Shown here: positions 12,778-28,871 of the stretch, in pieces | How the letters are laid out: every line of letters begins with the position of its first letter | Position numbering within the stretch: position 1 is the first letter of the stretch | DNA from: Mitosporidium daphniae | Lineage: Eukaryota | Assembly: GCF_000760515.2 (NCBI RefSeq) | Contig: NW_013546622.1 | Span: 1-64,000 of the forward strand | Direction of reading: 5' to 3' | DNA: 64,000 nucleotides | The notes under the pieces: generated by a model | Database searches by the model: none | Told to the model about the DNA's origin: nothing | Seen by the model: the letters and a program-made list of their open reading frames with translations, nothing else | Program-made: the position numbers and the translations under genes

Positions 12778-12875
12778 GCTAAATTAAATGATGTAGCCTT
12801 TGCATAAATCCATCCCAGTTGTTGCTTTTCATTTTCAGGTGTACACCACGGAAGGGATGCTCCACAATTTTAGTT

Positions 12876-13280
12876 TTAGCGCTCCAGGTTAATGGCGCCA
12901 CGGAACTTGGCATACAGCAGTGTTTTAAGAGCCGAAGCCTCGCTAGCGAGCGCGCTGTGGTATCGCCGTAGCTCGTCGCATTTGCTAGAATGGTCGTTAA
13001 GCCGCTCAGAAAGCATGGCCAATGCCTCTCCCGGCGGTAAGTACGCAAAGCCATCACCAATCTTGATGCGAATGTGCGATGGCTCCTCAAGCTCTGCAAA
13101 GACTTCGGCCTCGGAAAGGGCATCTGCGGTTGCCTCGCGCTGCGCCTAAAGCAATAAAGGTGTCCATCTAGCTACCTGTGCCTCAGCAAGTCGCGGTTCA
13201 TAGATGCTTAAAGTCTCACTTAGCCGGCTGAACGTGTTCAGCTGGGCCTGGTCTTCTGCGGTAACACTCGGCTCATCCAT
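12876..13280 (-). CDS. GIM3: Prefoldin subunit 4 (intron 13146-13175)
   Basis: Spliced MDEPSVTAEDQAQLNTFSRL...IRIKIGDGF...LKTLLYAKFRGAINLER matches both PFDN4 termini (VT.EDQ..IN.F; LK..LYAKFG..INLE). Confidence 0.85.
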
Positions 13281-13396
13281 CAGGTATCAACGATTGGCAA
13301 ATTTATAAACGGCCAAGTATAAATGGAGTGGGGGGGGTCCCTTTTAAATTGTGGTAGCCTTAATTTGGTCAACTGCAATTGTTGATTTAAATTCCA

Positions 13397-16192
<2,796 letters not shown>

Positions 16193-16881
16193 GAGCTTGC
16201 CCTCTATCAGGATATCGTTAATTTACCAGTAAATGTTTTTGTTGCTACAATAATCCATTCATGATGCAAGTGATTGGAAAATTTATTGAAACCGGAGTTT
16301 TTCATCGAGCCAGCAACCTTCCAATAAAAAGGGCCGCTGCAACTTTGTATGCAAGCCCTTGCTTTGGAAATAAGCGTATCAAAATTATTGTTTTAGGACA
16401 TGGAGGCGTTAAGACAGTAGCATTAGCCGATTTTTGCAGAGGCATTAATAAAGCCAAAAATTGGGGGTCGGTGTCCGCTTTAACATTGGAGATCGATGAT
16501 CTAGAAATAATTGGCCAATGTTTTATCGCACACTGTCCAGCTGATTATCGTCTGAAGCAAAGTTGAGATGTAGATTAGCTAAATAGCCCTGGTTAATGCA
16601 TGCAAGCAAAACACTATGACCAGCTGGAACAAAATTTAATAAATGGCATCCATTGGCCAGGTTATTTTACAGCCTGCAGGCAAATCCAAAAAGATCGCGT
16701 ACAAAAAAGAAATCTAAATCGCACTGGCTGGCGTTTGATAAATTAATATCAATTGACAAATTATGTGAAACTTTGGCTCCGGGGTGTAAAATTTTAAATT
16801 TAATTGGCTTTCCTGGCAAATGCTGGATCATCTATTGGCAAAAGGAGTGTCCACAATCGGAAAGGATAGGTGCCAAAATAA

Positions 16882-18670
16882 CTAAGATTTGCAGCATCTG
16901 GTATTGTTGCAGGCAAGCGAAATTCTCCTCACAGCGGCTGCTTTTCGGACAACACGTTTAGGATCCGATAATAAATTGTCAATGTGCCGATCATTTGTTA
17001 TCCGTTGGATCAATGCCAAACGCACCCATACACATGGATGTTTGAGCAGTCTTAAAAGCAGCTCATCGCCAATTGGAGCGGCATCTAGTGCCAGAAATCT
17101 TAGCCATTCACAGGTATCTTGTGATTGCGGAATAGAGGGAACTCTATCACATGATGAGGCCGGGTTTCCATTGCAACAACCACTACGGCCAAATTTAAAG
17201 TCCTCCTTTAAAGAATTCAGGTCATTTAGGATGGGATCTTTGGCAGCATCAGATGGTAAAAAAGAGGAAAGGGATTGAATGGATAGCATATATGAATAAA
17301 GCGAGGGCGATAGCTTGGATAAAAGTCTAGTTTCAATTAAAGTTCGTAATACCACTTTGGAATTTCCGGTCTGCCTAATCAGTGCTTCAAAAGCAACCGC
17401 TTGAATATTCGATATCTTTTGACTGTCATAAAAGTGGTATTGCAAACGTTGCAATGCTTGAACAGCTGCAGAGATAAAAGGCAAATTCTGCAGGTCTCCG
17501 GTAAATTTAAGATGGCCGTCGAGGCGTTTACAAAAGCTTTTGAGGGCATCAGCGGGTAGTTTGTCTGAAATGCACGAAAGGAACGAACGGAATGTTGGAG
17601 AAAGCGGATCTATCACAATTTTATCGAGAATTTCATCATCAACTGCGTCGAGTTCAAACATAGCGAGAACAATGGAATCATCCTCTGCGACCGTGCTATC
17701 ATTACCATTTTCAAGGAAAATGGAACGAGCCAATAATGAGAGAGCATTTTTGGCCTCCAGCAATAGCCAGGGGGCCGAAAGGAAAATTGAAATAACCTCC
17801 TTCGGATTTGATCCCAAGTATTTCATTAGAATTTCAACAAGGCGTGCAACTATGGAGCAATCTGAGCTGACCAAGCCCCAACGTTCGGCATCACATAAGA
17901 GATGGGAAAGAGCAATCAATACCCCATGACACGCGTTATTGCCGTCTTCAAGCCGCTCGACAAGTGCCTCCAGAACAAGCGAAGAAAGCGAGTTTGAAAA
18001 ACAGGCCGTTAGTACAGCCTCCAGCTCTGCTGATAGGTCACCTGGGGTGATTCCAAAAGGATCTTCAGGTGGCGGCGTAAATGAAATTGGAAAATAGCAA
18101 AAGATAGACTCAAAGAGCTCTTCCTTAAATTTCCTAAAATAAGAAAAAACTATCGAACATACTGCGAGCTAGAAGCACGAATAAAGTCACAAGAAAGTCT
18201 AAATAGCAACATGAGATTTCTCGGGTCCCTTTCTCCGAAACAATGTGAAAGAAAGACATGGGAAAGCACATCGACAGATTCAGGCGAGTCCTTAATATGT
18301 AGCAACACTTTGGAAAATAACAGCAAGCCCGCATGCCTAATTGCTTGGGATTGTTCAGATAATAAGATGGATTCGTCAAAGCACCTTAGAAACTGCATAA
18401 TTAGATCTTGAGAAGGTTTTGCTTTTAAAAGAAAGCTTGTGAAACATGAGATGACATCAATAAGACAAGGAGAGTCTGTTAGACGGCTGCACAAAAATTC
18501 GACCACAATGGGATATGAGTTGGAATTAAAGGTAGAACTTGATACATTATCAATGAGTATGTGCAGCGCTAAGTGGAAAGATAAGCTATTTAGCACAAAC
18601 CTTTTGAGCGATCTTTATCTTCAAGCGATATTAGCCCATTTACGCCAAGGTCGGACAAAAGCTCATCCAT
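16882..18670 (-). CDS. MMS19: MMS19/Met18 cytosolic Fe-S assembly targeting subunit, shortened (about 575 aa; introns 18569-18600, 18134-18162)
   Basis: GERDPRNLMLLF and CYFPISFTPPPEDPFGIT (MMS19 N-domain) plus C-terminal LSDPKRVVRKAA. The exact 3' end is uncertain. Confidence 0.8.
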
Positions 18671-18685
18671 AAAACAAATTTACGG

Positions 18686-18762
18686 TGAAAATTAAAATCG
18701 ACCCGAAAATTAAAAAAAGCAAAAATCGACCCGAAAATTTAAAAATCAACCCAAAAATTAAA
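18686..18762. repeat. Three copies of AAAATCGACCCGAAAATT in the MMS19/DIB1 divergent promoter
   Basis: aaaatcgacccgaaaatt twice plus aaaatcaacccaaaaatt, read directly. Confidence 0.85.
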
Positions 18763-18788
18763 TACTGCAGACTTTTCCCCTATTTGTG

Positions 18789-19278
18789 ATGTCCTACTTA
18801 CTCCCCCACTTGACTAATGGATGGCAGGTAGATCAGGCCATATTGGCCGAGGAAGATAAAGTGGTAATCATTCGATTTGGGCACGATTGGGTAGCATATT
18901 ATTTGCTTAGCTTTTAGGACAAGTCATGCATGAAAATGGATGAAACCCTATATAAAGTTGCCGATCTTGTAAAGAACTTTGCCGTTATTTATCTAGTGGA
19001 TATCACGGAAGTTCCAGATTTTAATGTAATGTATGAGCTTTATGATCCCTGCACAGTTATGTTCTTCTATCGAAACAAACACATCATGATTGACTTGGGC
19101 ACTGGAAACAACAACAAAATTAACTGGCCAATCGATGACAGGCAAGAAATGATCGACATTGTGGAGACCGTTTTCCGCGGCGCATCCAAAGGTTTGGGCG
19201 TGTTATTCTTTAATGCTTATTATAGGGCGTGGATTGGTCGTTTCCCCGAGAGACTATTCGACCAAGCATAAATACTAA
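18789..19278 (+). CDS. DIB1: U5 snRNP thioredoxin-like protein Dim1/Dib1 (introns 18891-18917, 19192-19225)
   Basis: MSYLLPHLTNGWQVDQAI..RFGHDW..NKHIMIDLGTGNNNKINW..GRGLVVSPRDYSTKHKY. Confidence 0.97.
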
Positions 19279-19289
19279 TAAATCAACCT

Positions 19290-19743
19290 CTATTTGAAAG
19301 GATTGGAGTCCTTTTTTCCGGGCTTTGTTTTGTTGTTGTTTGACATTTGCATCCGAAAGTGATTCATGGTTCTCAACTGCTTACGGGTTGTGATCTCCCA
19401 ATCCTCAAGATACTGTTTTGGACGAGGTTTGTCCAACGCTGACCAAATCCAAGTTGGATACGTTTCGTCGGGCTGCAAAATCGGGTCTTTTCCTTCTTTG
19501 AATATGTTTATACTGGCCAAGGGTTCGCCAATTTTAACCTGCTTAAGGGAAATAAACCAGGCCGCTGGGATGAGAAAGAAAAGCGTTACCTTTTGGACGA
19601 GGGGGGATAACGTCATCTGGGATCGATTCGTCACCGATGATTAGTTTTTTCTTTGTGCCCTTTTTTGTGGCATCTTCAAACGATTTCACGCCAGCCCTTA
19701 CGGCAAGGCGTGAATATGCCCTCAAGCCAACAGCGCGATTCAT
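19290..19743 (-). CDS. MRPL37: Mitochondrial large-subunit ribosomal protein mL54 (MrpL37; intron 19565-19589)
   Basis: Arg-rich N-terminal presequence, then INIFKEGKDPILQPDETYPTWIWSALD (mL54 motif). Confidence 0.75.
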
Positions 19744-19822
19744 AATTGAAATTAAAATGCCTGCCGAATGTTAATTTTGATTTGTAAATAAAAGTGGGGT
19801 TATCATTTGAGGCCAACTATAC

Positions 19823-19880
19823 TGTGCATGGTGTGCATGGGGTACATGGTGTGCATGGGGTTCATGGGGTGCATGGGGTA
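19823..19880. repeat. 9-11 bp minisatellite built on TGCATGG(G/T)G, about 6 copies
   Basis: tgtgcatggtgtgcatggggtacatggtgtgcatggggttcatggggtgcatgggg, between ARL8 and mL54. Confidence 0.85.
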
Positions 19881-19967
19881 TATTTTGTAGCATGCAGTCA
19901 CAGTTTATTGCGTTAATCCAGATAAACGATAGCCGTCAAGGTCCAAATCCCAAATGTAGCAGCCGTT

Positions 19968-20621
19968 TTATTCGTAATGCTTTTTTGCATGCTTCAAAAT
20001 CCATTGAAGGGTTACATCGATATTAACTGCATTCTTTGCCGAGATGGAGTAGCAAGCAACCTCCCTACTTCGAATTTCTTCGAGATCACTACAGAGATAA
20101 CACTAAGTGGCTTACAATGCGACAATGAGCTCTTTGGATGAAAATGCTTTTGGCAAGTCGTTTTTGTTAGCTAAAACCAATAGCGGAACCCCATGCAAGG
20201 ATGCTCTAGCCACCAGGGCATGGAGCTCCCTCTTGGCCTCCTCCATTCGCTCATAATCGGAGGAATCGACCACAAATCTAAACAACATTAACATTTCCCA
20301 TTACAAAATGGCATTGACGTTACGACAATATCGCTCCCACATGGATCTAAACCTTGGCTGGCCACCAATGTCCCACATCTTGATGATTATGCCTCCCTTT
20401 GTGATCTTCCTCATGTTAAATCCTATTGTGGGAATCATATCTTCATTAAATACACCGTTCTAAACTAAATTAACCAGAATGGTGCTTACTGTTATCATAT
20501 TAAGAAGCGTGGTTTTTCCAGCATTTTGGATACCTACAATGGTAAGTTCCATTTCCTGCTTAAAAAAGAGGGACCGAAGCCAGTCGAGAAATCGATAAAA
20601 AATACTTACAATGAACACCAT
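19968..20621 (-). CDS. ARL8: ADP-ribosylation factor-like GTPase Arl8 (3 introns of 27-30 nt)
   Basis: Spliced [77 protein letters not shown]. Confidence 0.93.
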
Positions 20622-20788
20622 GATAATGTCGACTGTTAAAGTAAATTGAGATGCTTAGGGTCGCTTATAAAGTATCACTGGAATTTCTGAAACATTGGTG
20701 ACATATATTGCACCAACAGATACATCAAATTTAAAATTAGATTTTGTCAAAGTATAGCACAAACATTTAAATGTACGCGTATTTTTTA

Positions 20789-21187
20789 ATGGATGATGCC
20801 TATGGGCCTGTGACGTGCCCCTCACAGCTGCACGATGAAACGCTGGACAAGATGCTGAAGAACAGGGATAACATAAGAATCTACCTGGTTACGATGCCAC
20901 AATCGGTATTTAGACAAATCTCACAATCCTAGGTATCCATAGCAGATTTGCCAAATTCAATTGAACTAGACACGACGGGAATTCCCACTCCAAAGCTTGG
21001 TGGAGCCGGCAACTCTCCTTTTTGTATTGCCGGATCTGCGCCAGAAGTTGTCGAGAAGCTAATCAGGTCACATTGCTTGTGGACAGTTGTCCAGAGCTCG
21101 GCTGCACCTGCCCCCGGCAAGGCCGTCCGAATTTCAAAGGACCCTCGGCGATTTGACGGCGTTTGGGAAGTTCGATACCACCAGTGA
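20789..21187 (+). CDS. Small protein, possibly RNA polymerase I subunit A34-like (intron about 20906-20932)
   Basis: Two exons join in frame across a 27-nt GT-AG intron. IYLVTMPQSVSIADL weakly resembles the Rpa34 N-terminal WLI.aP..v.i..L motif; identity is tentative. Confidence 0.35.
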
Positions 21188-21225
21188 TGCGTTAAATTAA
21201 TTTTTTAATTTTCAATTTTTTGCAC

Positions 21226-21625
21226 ATGGAAGAGCTTCAGACTTCCTATGAGAAAGTACATCTATTTTCTTAATAAAAGTTAGCAAGCATAATGTATTCG
21301 TCCATTGGTATTCTGCAAAGGGACGTCTCAACAGAAAGGTATCAATTTGTCGTCATAAGATAGTGTGAAAAATGCTGCCCTTGTAGATTCATTTGTGGAA
21401 AGCTTTATGTGTACCTCAAACCAGATCTCCGAATCGATCTCATTAATTCCGGAGCTTGATAAAACACCACAGGAGTTAGAAAATGACATTTACTTGCTGC
21501 ATGAAAAATCATTAACCCTATCCACCAAACTTGCACAAACCCGGGCCAAAGCCGAGGAGTATTTGGGCATTCTTGCCGAGTCGTCAACTTTTATCCTTTC
21601 CAATAAATTGAAACAAAAGCACTGA
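21226..21625 (+). CDS. MED21: Mediator subunit Med21/Srb7 (2 short introns)
   Basis: Spliced MEELQTSYEK|LASIMYSSIGILQRD...QISESISLIPEL..L.EK fits the Med21 helical pattern (LQ....LA......IG.LQ; I..LI.SLP). Confidence 0.65.
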
Positions 21626-21677
21626 TTAATGCACAGGAAAATTCTAAAACTAAAATCTCGGGATTGTTTTTAATTTT

Positions 21678-22867
21678 TTATGCCACATGGGTTTTTTCAA
21701 GGATCTCCGTAAGCTCCTCCGTCTCCACATCTTCGGCTTCTGAAGCGGAGGAAATGTCTTCTTCACTTTCACTTTCTTGCTCGATCGATTCGACGTCGCT
21801 ATCCATGTCAGAAAGAGAGTCTAGAACATCGCCTTGGCTCAATCGTTGGATGGCCTCTCGGAGAGCAGTGCACTGAGGCCCCTCTGGGTCAAATGAATTA
21901 CCATTCAATTGAAGCGACTGTAGATGCGGCATTTGGACTACCAATCGAATAAGCAACTGCAGTTCCGAATCACATATTCCATTATATTGCAGCCCAAGAA
22001 GAACAAGTTTGGAAAAGTCGGCTTCGAGCGTAGCATTTTCTCCAAAATTGCTTTCGATCCTTTTCTTGTCAAAAGACAATCATTTAAAGAGAGTATCCTC
22101 ATCGAAGGAGCTATGCGTGGTATGACGTTTTTAGCAAAGGCCAGAGCAGTCTCTAACGTGAAGGTGTTATCCTGGAAATCAAGGATCTCCAGGCATTGGC
22201 AGGTGGAAATTGCATCGCACAATGCAAGGACCCCATTTTTTGTGATCCCATTTTGGAATATCGAAAACTGGCGTAATGATGAGGAAAACCCCGATTTGAT
22301 GGCCTCCGCGATGGCAATGGCGCCATCATTTTCGAGCCGATTTCTCCCAATTGAAAATATGCTGAGGGTGCTCATGCTTTTTAATGAAGAAGCAATAATG
22401 GACCCGCCCAATTGGCCTAATCCGTTGTTATTAATCAAAAAAGAGGTCAATGATAACTTTTCTAAAAAGGGCGCAATTGCGTTCGCTCCGGCCGGTCCGA
22501 ATGCATTATCTGAAAGATTTAAGCATTCAATGCCAGGGCAATGTCCAAGCAGAGAGCCAATGGCTTGTAGCGATTTTGGCACGTCTTCCTTGAGACGACC
22601 TGTAAACATATCAGAGCAATCAACGTACCGAATGTTCTCAAGAAAAGACTTCCCCTTTTCTATCAAAATCCGAACCAATTCAAGAATTGAGGTTGACGCA
22701 TAGGAATTTCCATGAAGGGTCAGGCCCCTCAATTTGGATGAGGAAAAATCGTATTGATTGACAAAATTTATGATGGGGCTCATATCCTTCACGCTGTTAT
22801 ACTTTCGGCCCAACGGGTGTACAATGAACACCATCTCGGAATTAATACAGCACAAAGAAGACGCCAT
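21678..22867 (-). CDS. RNA1: Ran GTPase-activating protein (LRR plus acidic tail), apparent frameshift near 22000-22060
   Basis: SDMFTGRLKEDVP, LNLSDNAFGP, NNNGLG, GRNRLENDGA, QNGI, DFQDNTFT, LNDCLL. LQYNGI, LNGNSF and the acidic tail continue in a second frame. Confidence 0.85.
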
Positions 22868-23262
22868 TACAGTACAAATAAAATAAAATTTGGGGGAATG
22901 AACATTTAATTTTACAATCACAGGTGGAGGTGCAGGTCCTTTGACGTTATTTGGAACTCCACATGTCCAAAATATCTTTCCCAAATATCTGCGTGCGTCA
23001 TTATATCCGAGTCCAACGAATTTACCACCGAAAGCTGGTCGGAAATGAGACCCAAAACGGAGGTGAGTTTCTCGATTGAGTGGCCGATCCTATCTATGAG
23101 ATGCTACCGTTTTATTTCTACAATAACTCTTACTTGGTGTTGCGCCTCGTATGGGTTTTTGGCACCGCTAAACGTCTTCGAAAGCACATGAGATGACGCC
23201 GAATGGGGCTGCATGTAAAATTTTCAAAATTAAAATTTAATTTGTTACCACCGCCGGTCTCG

Positions 23263-25120
<1,858 letters not shown>

Positions 25121-25230
25121 TTACAGAAATTTAGGAGCCCCCCCCCCCAAATAAAGAATAAGAATTTGAATGAGCAATAGAGCACTACATCATACCGAAC
25201 CATCACTGGGATTAACTTTATTACGTGCGA

Positions 25231-26349
25231 CTATGAAAGCTCTCTCCGGATCAGATATGGAGCAAGAACAAACCGGATAGAGGAAAGGATAAGTGTCGAT
25301 GCAAAGTACGGATTGGCCGATAGAACCTCGTCTAAAAGCCAGCCGTTGGCAAGAGGTGGGATTGCAACCATCGTCATTATTGTGAGAAGGATTAAAGAGT
25401 GTGGGATTCGCTCAAGAAGAAGTAGCGGCACAATTATGGCGCTCCAAAAAACATCACCCAGAGACGAATATCCGGAATGTATCAACAAGCTTACGGTTGC
25501 AAAGTGGAGAGCAGGTGAAATGGGGAGAAGCATCATCAGACCCACTGGTATTACTGTGCAAAGAATAAGGGAAAATGTAAAAAACTGCAAAAAAGAAGGT
25601 AAGACCTGCATCTCCAAATACCAGAACGATGATCCTGGTGCCGGAAGCGTGGGAAGAGGAGTACGCAGCGATATTATGGCAAATAAAACAAAGCAGAAGA
25701 TACGGAAGTAAATGTCTTTGTGTGGAAAAGGAACCAAGGACGGGATGATGGCGATTGCAAAAGACGGGTCAATTGTTCCCAGTAATAGCATGGAACACAC
25801 ACCAACAAATCTTTCGTATGAACCTCCATTCGATGTTCCAATTGGAACATCGATGGGCTGGCCGCAAGTACCGACCGGGCTATCTGTTTTTGTCTCTGAA
25901 TGGCCCCCCTGTGTGTCTGGCGTTGAGTGGGGATAGCTTGCATCTTTTTCCAAATTCCGCCGAGCCTTTTGACTCTGAGGATAAACCTTAAAAAGAATTA
26001 GGAGGAGAGATGCCAGTCTGAAGAAAATAGAAAAATTGCACCTAGTGCAGGAAAACGCAGTTATTGGATTGATCCAGTACCTAAATTAACGGGATATAAT
26101 TTACAAATTGGCAACAGGTTTGGAAGATCGCGTATACATGAGATAATATATCAGCCCATCAACGGCAATAAACAGAAGCGTCGGGGGAGAAGGGAATGAA
26201 AATAGAAGGCGAAATAGCTTCTCCGCCATGCTCTTGCAGGAGAGTGTTTCGTTTTCATACAAAAATGACAGCATCGTTTGGCTGTTGTGCACACCATACA
26301 GAAAAACAAGGCCTCTTATCAGAAGCCCCAATATGAATGATTGCAGCAT
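25231..26349 (-). CDS. GPI transamidase subunit PIG-U/Gab1-like multi-pass membrane protein (introns in about 25990-26105)
   Basis: LYWINPITAFSC (compare YLLNPYTILSC), FWYLEMQVLPSFLQFF, YSSLGDV and ANPYF correspond to PIG-U motifs. Confidence 0.6.
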
Positions 26350-26368
26350 AAAATGAAAAATAATTAAT

Positions 26369-27205
26369 TTATTGGGCGACTTGCTTTTTAAGAGCCTTGA
26401 CCTTTCTCACCTGCAGCGAAGAAAAGTCTTGACGCGGCACGTGGACCGTTCCAAATTTATCTCCCAGTGTTGGGTCAACGTGTACATTCTTCTCCTTTTT
26501 AGGCAGCTTTGTGGAAATCCGCTTTTCAATGGCCTTTTTTTGCACTTCCTCTGGAGCAAAGTGCGTTCTTCCAATCGTAAATTTGAATGAGAATTCCGAG
26601 TCTTTGATGGCGTTTCCGGGGCCTTGCACGAGAACGTTCCACGATATTGTCGGGTGTGTATCGTCTGCAGTTAGAACAATGGCATGCTGGATGCCTTGGA
26701 GCGAAATGACCGATTTCTCGCCTTCAGCACCAGACCAAAAGTCGACAAGAAGATTTTTCAGCTTTGATAGCGCTGCATCTCCGGATTCCCATCTAATTCC
26801 TTGAAAGATTAAAAGCGGCCTTGATCCCGCATTCCACGACCCAACAATGGGGCTTATCGAGGTCGGACAAATAACCAACTCAATCATGTCCAAAACAGAA
26901 TTGCTAAAGAGGCGACCAAGGATAAGCGATAACGGCCGTTTTTTTGAGTGTGATGCAAGCCCAAATAGCGGTGTCCTCTTGGACTGTAGTAGGCTTTCGA
27001 GCTGACTTTGATCCTCAAAAGGAAATAAGGTTTTGTTTGCTTTCAGAACGGCGGAGAAGGGCTTCTTTAGCAGGCTTAAATGGCCAAGCAAAGTTGATAG
27101 CACATTTGTGCATGTGGAGTTTTTAATGAAAAGGGCGCTTTTTACGCCGCTAAGTTCCTCATGTTCCACATGGTGATCACCAGCGGTACTGGATTGAGGA
27201 GCCAT
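26369..27205 (-). CDS. RPF2: Brix-domain ribosome biogenesis protein Rpf2
   Basis: PFED...SHSKKRPLSLILGRLFSNSVLDMIEL, KNV..D..GDKFGTVHVPRQDFSSLQVRKVKALK. Confidence 0.9.
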   Translation of the reverse strand: MAPQSSTAGDHHVEHEELSGVKSALFIKNSTCTNVLSTLLGHLSLLKKPFSAVLKANKTLFPFEDQSQLESLLQSKRTPLFGLASHSKKRPLSLILGRLFSNSVLDMIELVICPTSISPIVGSWNAGSRPLLIFQGIRWESGDAALSKLKNLLVDFWSGAEGEKSVISLQGIQHAIVLTADDTHPTISWNVLVQGPGNAIKDSEFSFKFTIGRTHFAPEEVQKKAIEKRISTKLPKKEKNVHVDPTLGDKFGTVHVPRQDFSSLQVRKVKALKKQVAQ

Positions 27206-27342
27206 ATTAAAGAAAATATAAAAATAAAAATAAAAATTTCATCCTTTACTTTTGAATGGCAAAGTTTAATGCCCGTTTCACCTCACATACCAATTGGTGA
27301 ATTTGTGTGAACATGGGCTGATTTAAGCGGTTGCCAAATATA

Positions 27343-28050
27343 ATGCGCATGAAGCTGTACATATTTTGCCTCTTTTTTTATGTTTCCGTGGTATGTGCCA
27401 TTTCGACTGATGTCTCTTACATTACAAAAACGAGTATCCCCACTTCGTACTTGTTAGAAATTGTTGTTTTGACACCTGGAGGCAGCCCTTCTAATTGCGT
27501 GCCGGCTATTCCTTCCATGTCTGTATGCAATGGGATGGTTACCGTTACAAAGACACTTTCAAATTTTTGCCCACCTTGTACGACGTCTTCAACCCGATCA
27601 TCAACATTTACCAAGACAGTTACTTTGACCCCCTATAGTGCCTCCTCTGTTCCTTCCAGCACATCGAATAGTTATACCCTTCCCAAAACCTCGGAGATGT
27701 ATCCCAATAATAGCAACGATAGGTCTTGTTCTGCTACCGTAACCATTTCAGAGACAAAAACCATCTCTGCAGCGGGGTCATCTCCAATTAGGCCTGAAAA
27801 TCTCTCCTCTTCAGCTATGCCTACAAATCCCTCCTCTTCAGCTACGCCTACAAATTCCTTACCTTCAATCAAGCCTACAAATTCCTTGTCTTCAATGAAG
27901 CCTACAAATCCCACCTCTCCAGTTACCAGTTCCGATTTACCTGTAAATTCGACCGCATCCCCCCAGCTAAGTACCGTCACCCAGACAGTCACCCAACGTA
28001 TCCTGTCCTTGCAAAATATCCGTCTAGTTCGCAGGTATCCAGATGAATAA
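27343..28050 (+). CDS. Secreted Ser/Thr/Pro-rich mucin-like orphan protein (3' end may be spliced)
   Basis: Signal peptide MKLYIFCLFFYVSVVCA, repeated TVT.T(K/Q)T motifs, several Cys, PTN repeats. Confidence 0.65.
   Translation: MRMKLYIFCLFFYVSVVCAISTDVSYITKTSIPTSYLLEIVVLTPGGSPSNCVPAIPSMSVCNGMVTVTKTLSNFCPPCTTSSTRSSTFTKTVTLTPYSASSVPSSTSNSYTLPKTSEMYPNNSNDRSCSATVTISETKTISAAGSSPIRPENLSSSAMPTNPSSSATPTNSLPSIKPTNSLSSMKPTNPTSPVTSSDLPVNSTASPQLSTVTQTVTQRILSLQNIRLVRRYPDE
27805..27915 (+). repeat. 27-bp coding tandem repeat x4 (encodes xxSxxPTN units)
   Basis: cttcagctatgcctacaaat / cttcagctacgcctacaaat / cttcaatcaagcctacaaat / cttcaatgaagcctacaaat. Confidence 0.85.
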
Positions 28051-28165
28051 ATTTTATTGTTATTTTGTTCTGTTCCCTCCTACAGAGCAGCGTGCTCGAC
28101 ATAGTACGATTGCCACTACCTTTACGATTGCGGGGTATGTAGCCAAGCAAGGATCGGAACACCCA

Positions 28166-28762
28166 TTATGTGGGTGTTACTTCTAGAGTAGCTGGAACCA
28201 TATACAATAATTTCTTCAGTACTTTTAGAATTAAGCTCTTCAATATCTCGAACATTGCTTGTAGCGTGTAAAATGCAACAAAAACCCGAAAAATCTCAAA
28301 GCTCGATATCTTGCTAGGAGTGGCGACTTTGCCTTTGGGAGCTGAGATTTTTCGATAAATTGAAGTCAATGCGCCAGGTAATACAATCCCTTCGATGAAA
28401 AGTGTTAGCAAAGTACATACTTCCAGTCCAAAGAAGATTTTTCCATAAACTTGGGATTTTAGATGCTTGACAGAAACCCACTGTAGCGCATGAAAGATTA
28501 CAAAGAGCACACATAGCACAATTAGTGGTGCTTTAGAATAAGCGCCCGGGGTAATAGAAATAGTTAGTCGTTGTAAAAAAAGTATCATGTGTTCAATAGG
28601 ATCGATTGTCGTTCTACTTTTGCTGTCTATGTTGTCATCAAGGTCAGACGAGTTCGTGCAGTAGCATGCTTTAAAAATAAACCCTAAGATCAAAAGGTAG
28701 GCAATAAAAAGCGTCTTGGTATTGAGGGTCATTTTAGCAAGAAAAGCTACGCTTCCTATCAC
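28166..28762 (-). CDS. Hypothetical membrane protein
   Basis: 198-aa ORF with an N-terminal hydrophobic segment and 2-3 further TM-like stretches. No family recognised. Confidence 0.45.
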   Translation of the reverse strand: MIGSVAFLAKMTLNTKTLFIAYLLILGFIFKACYCTNSSDLDDNIDSKSRTTIDPIEHMILFLQRLTISITPGAYSKAPLIVLCVLFVIFHALQWVSVKHLKSQVYGKIFFGLEVCTLLTLFIEGIVLPGALTSIYRKISAPKGKVATPSKISSFEIFRVFVAFYTLQAMFEILKSLILKVLKKLLYMVPATLEVTPT

Positions 28763-28871
28763 TAGCGAACAACCAAAACAGGATCGTTTTATTTCTCTGG
28801 TCGATGCGACGGAGTGTCAATTGGTACAGGTTGGTCCAATAGGTTTATTCAATTCTTCTAATGTGATTGGT

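Noticed and set aside
16200..16880. Possible gene between MCM3 and MMS19 (also 29690-30480)
   Set aside because: Only short ORFs; I could not build a consistent spliced model or recognise a family.
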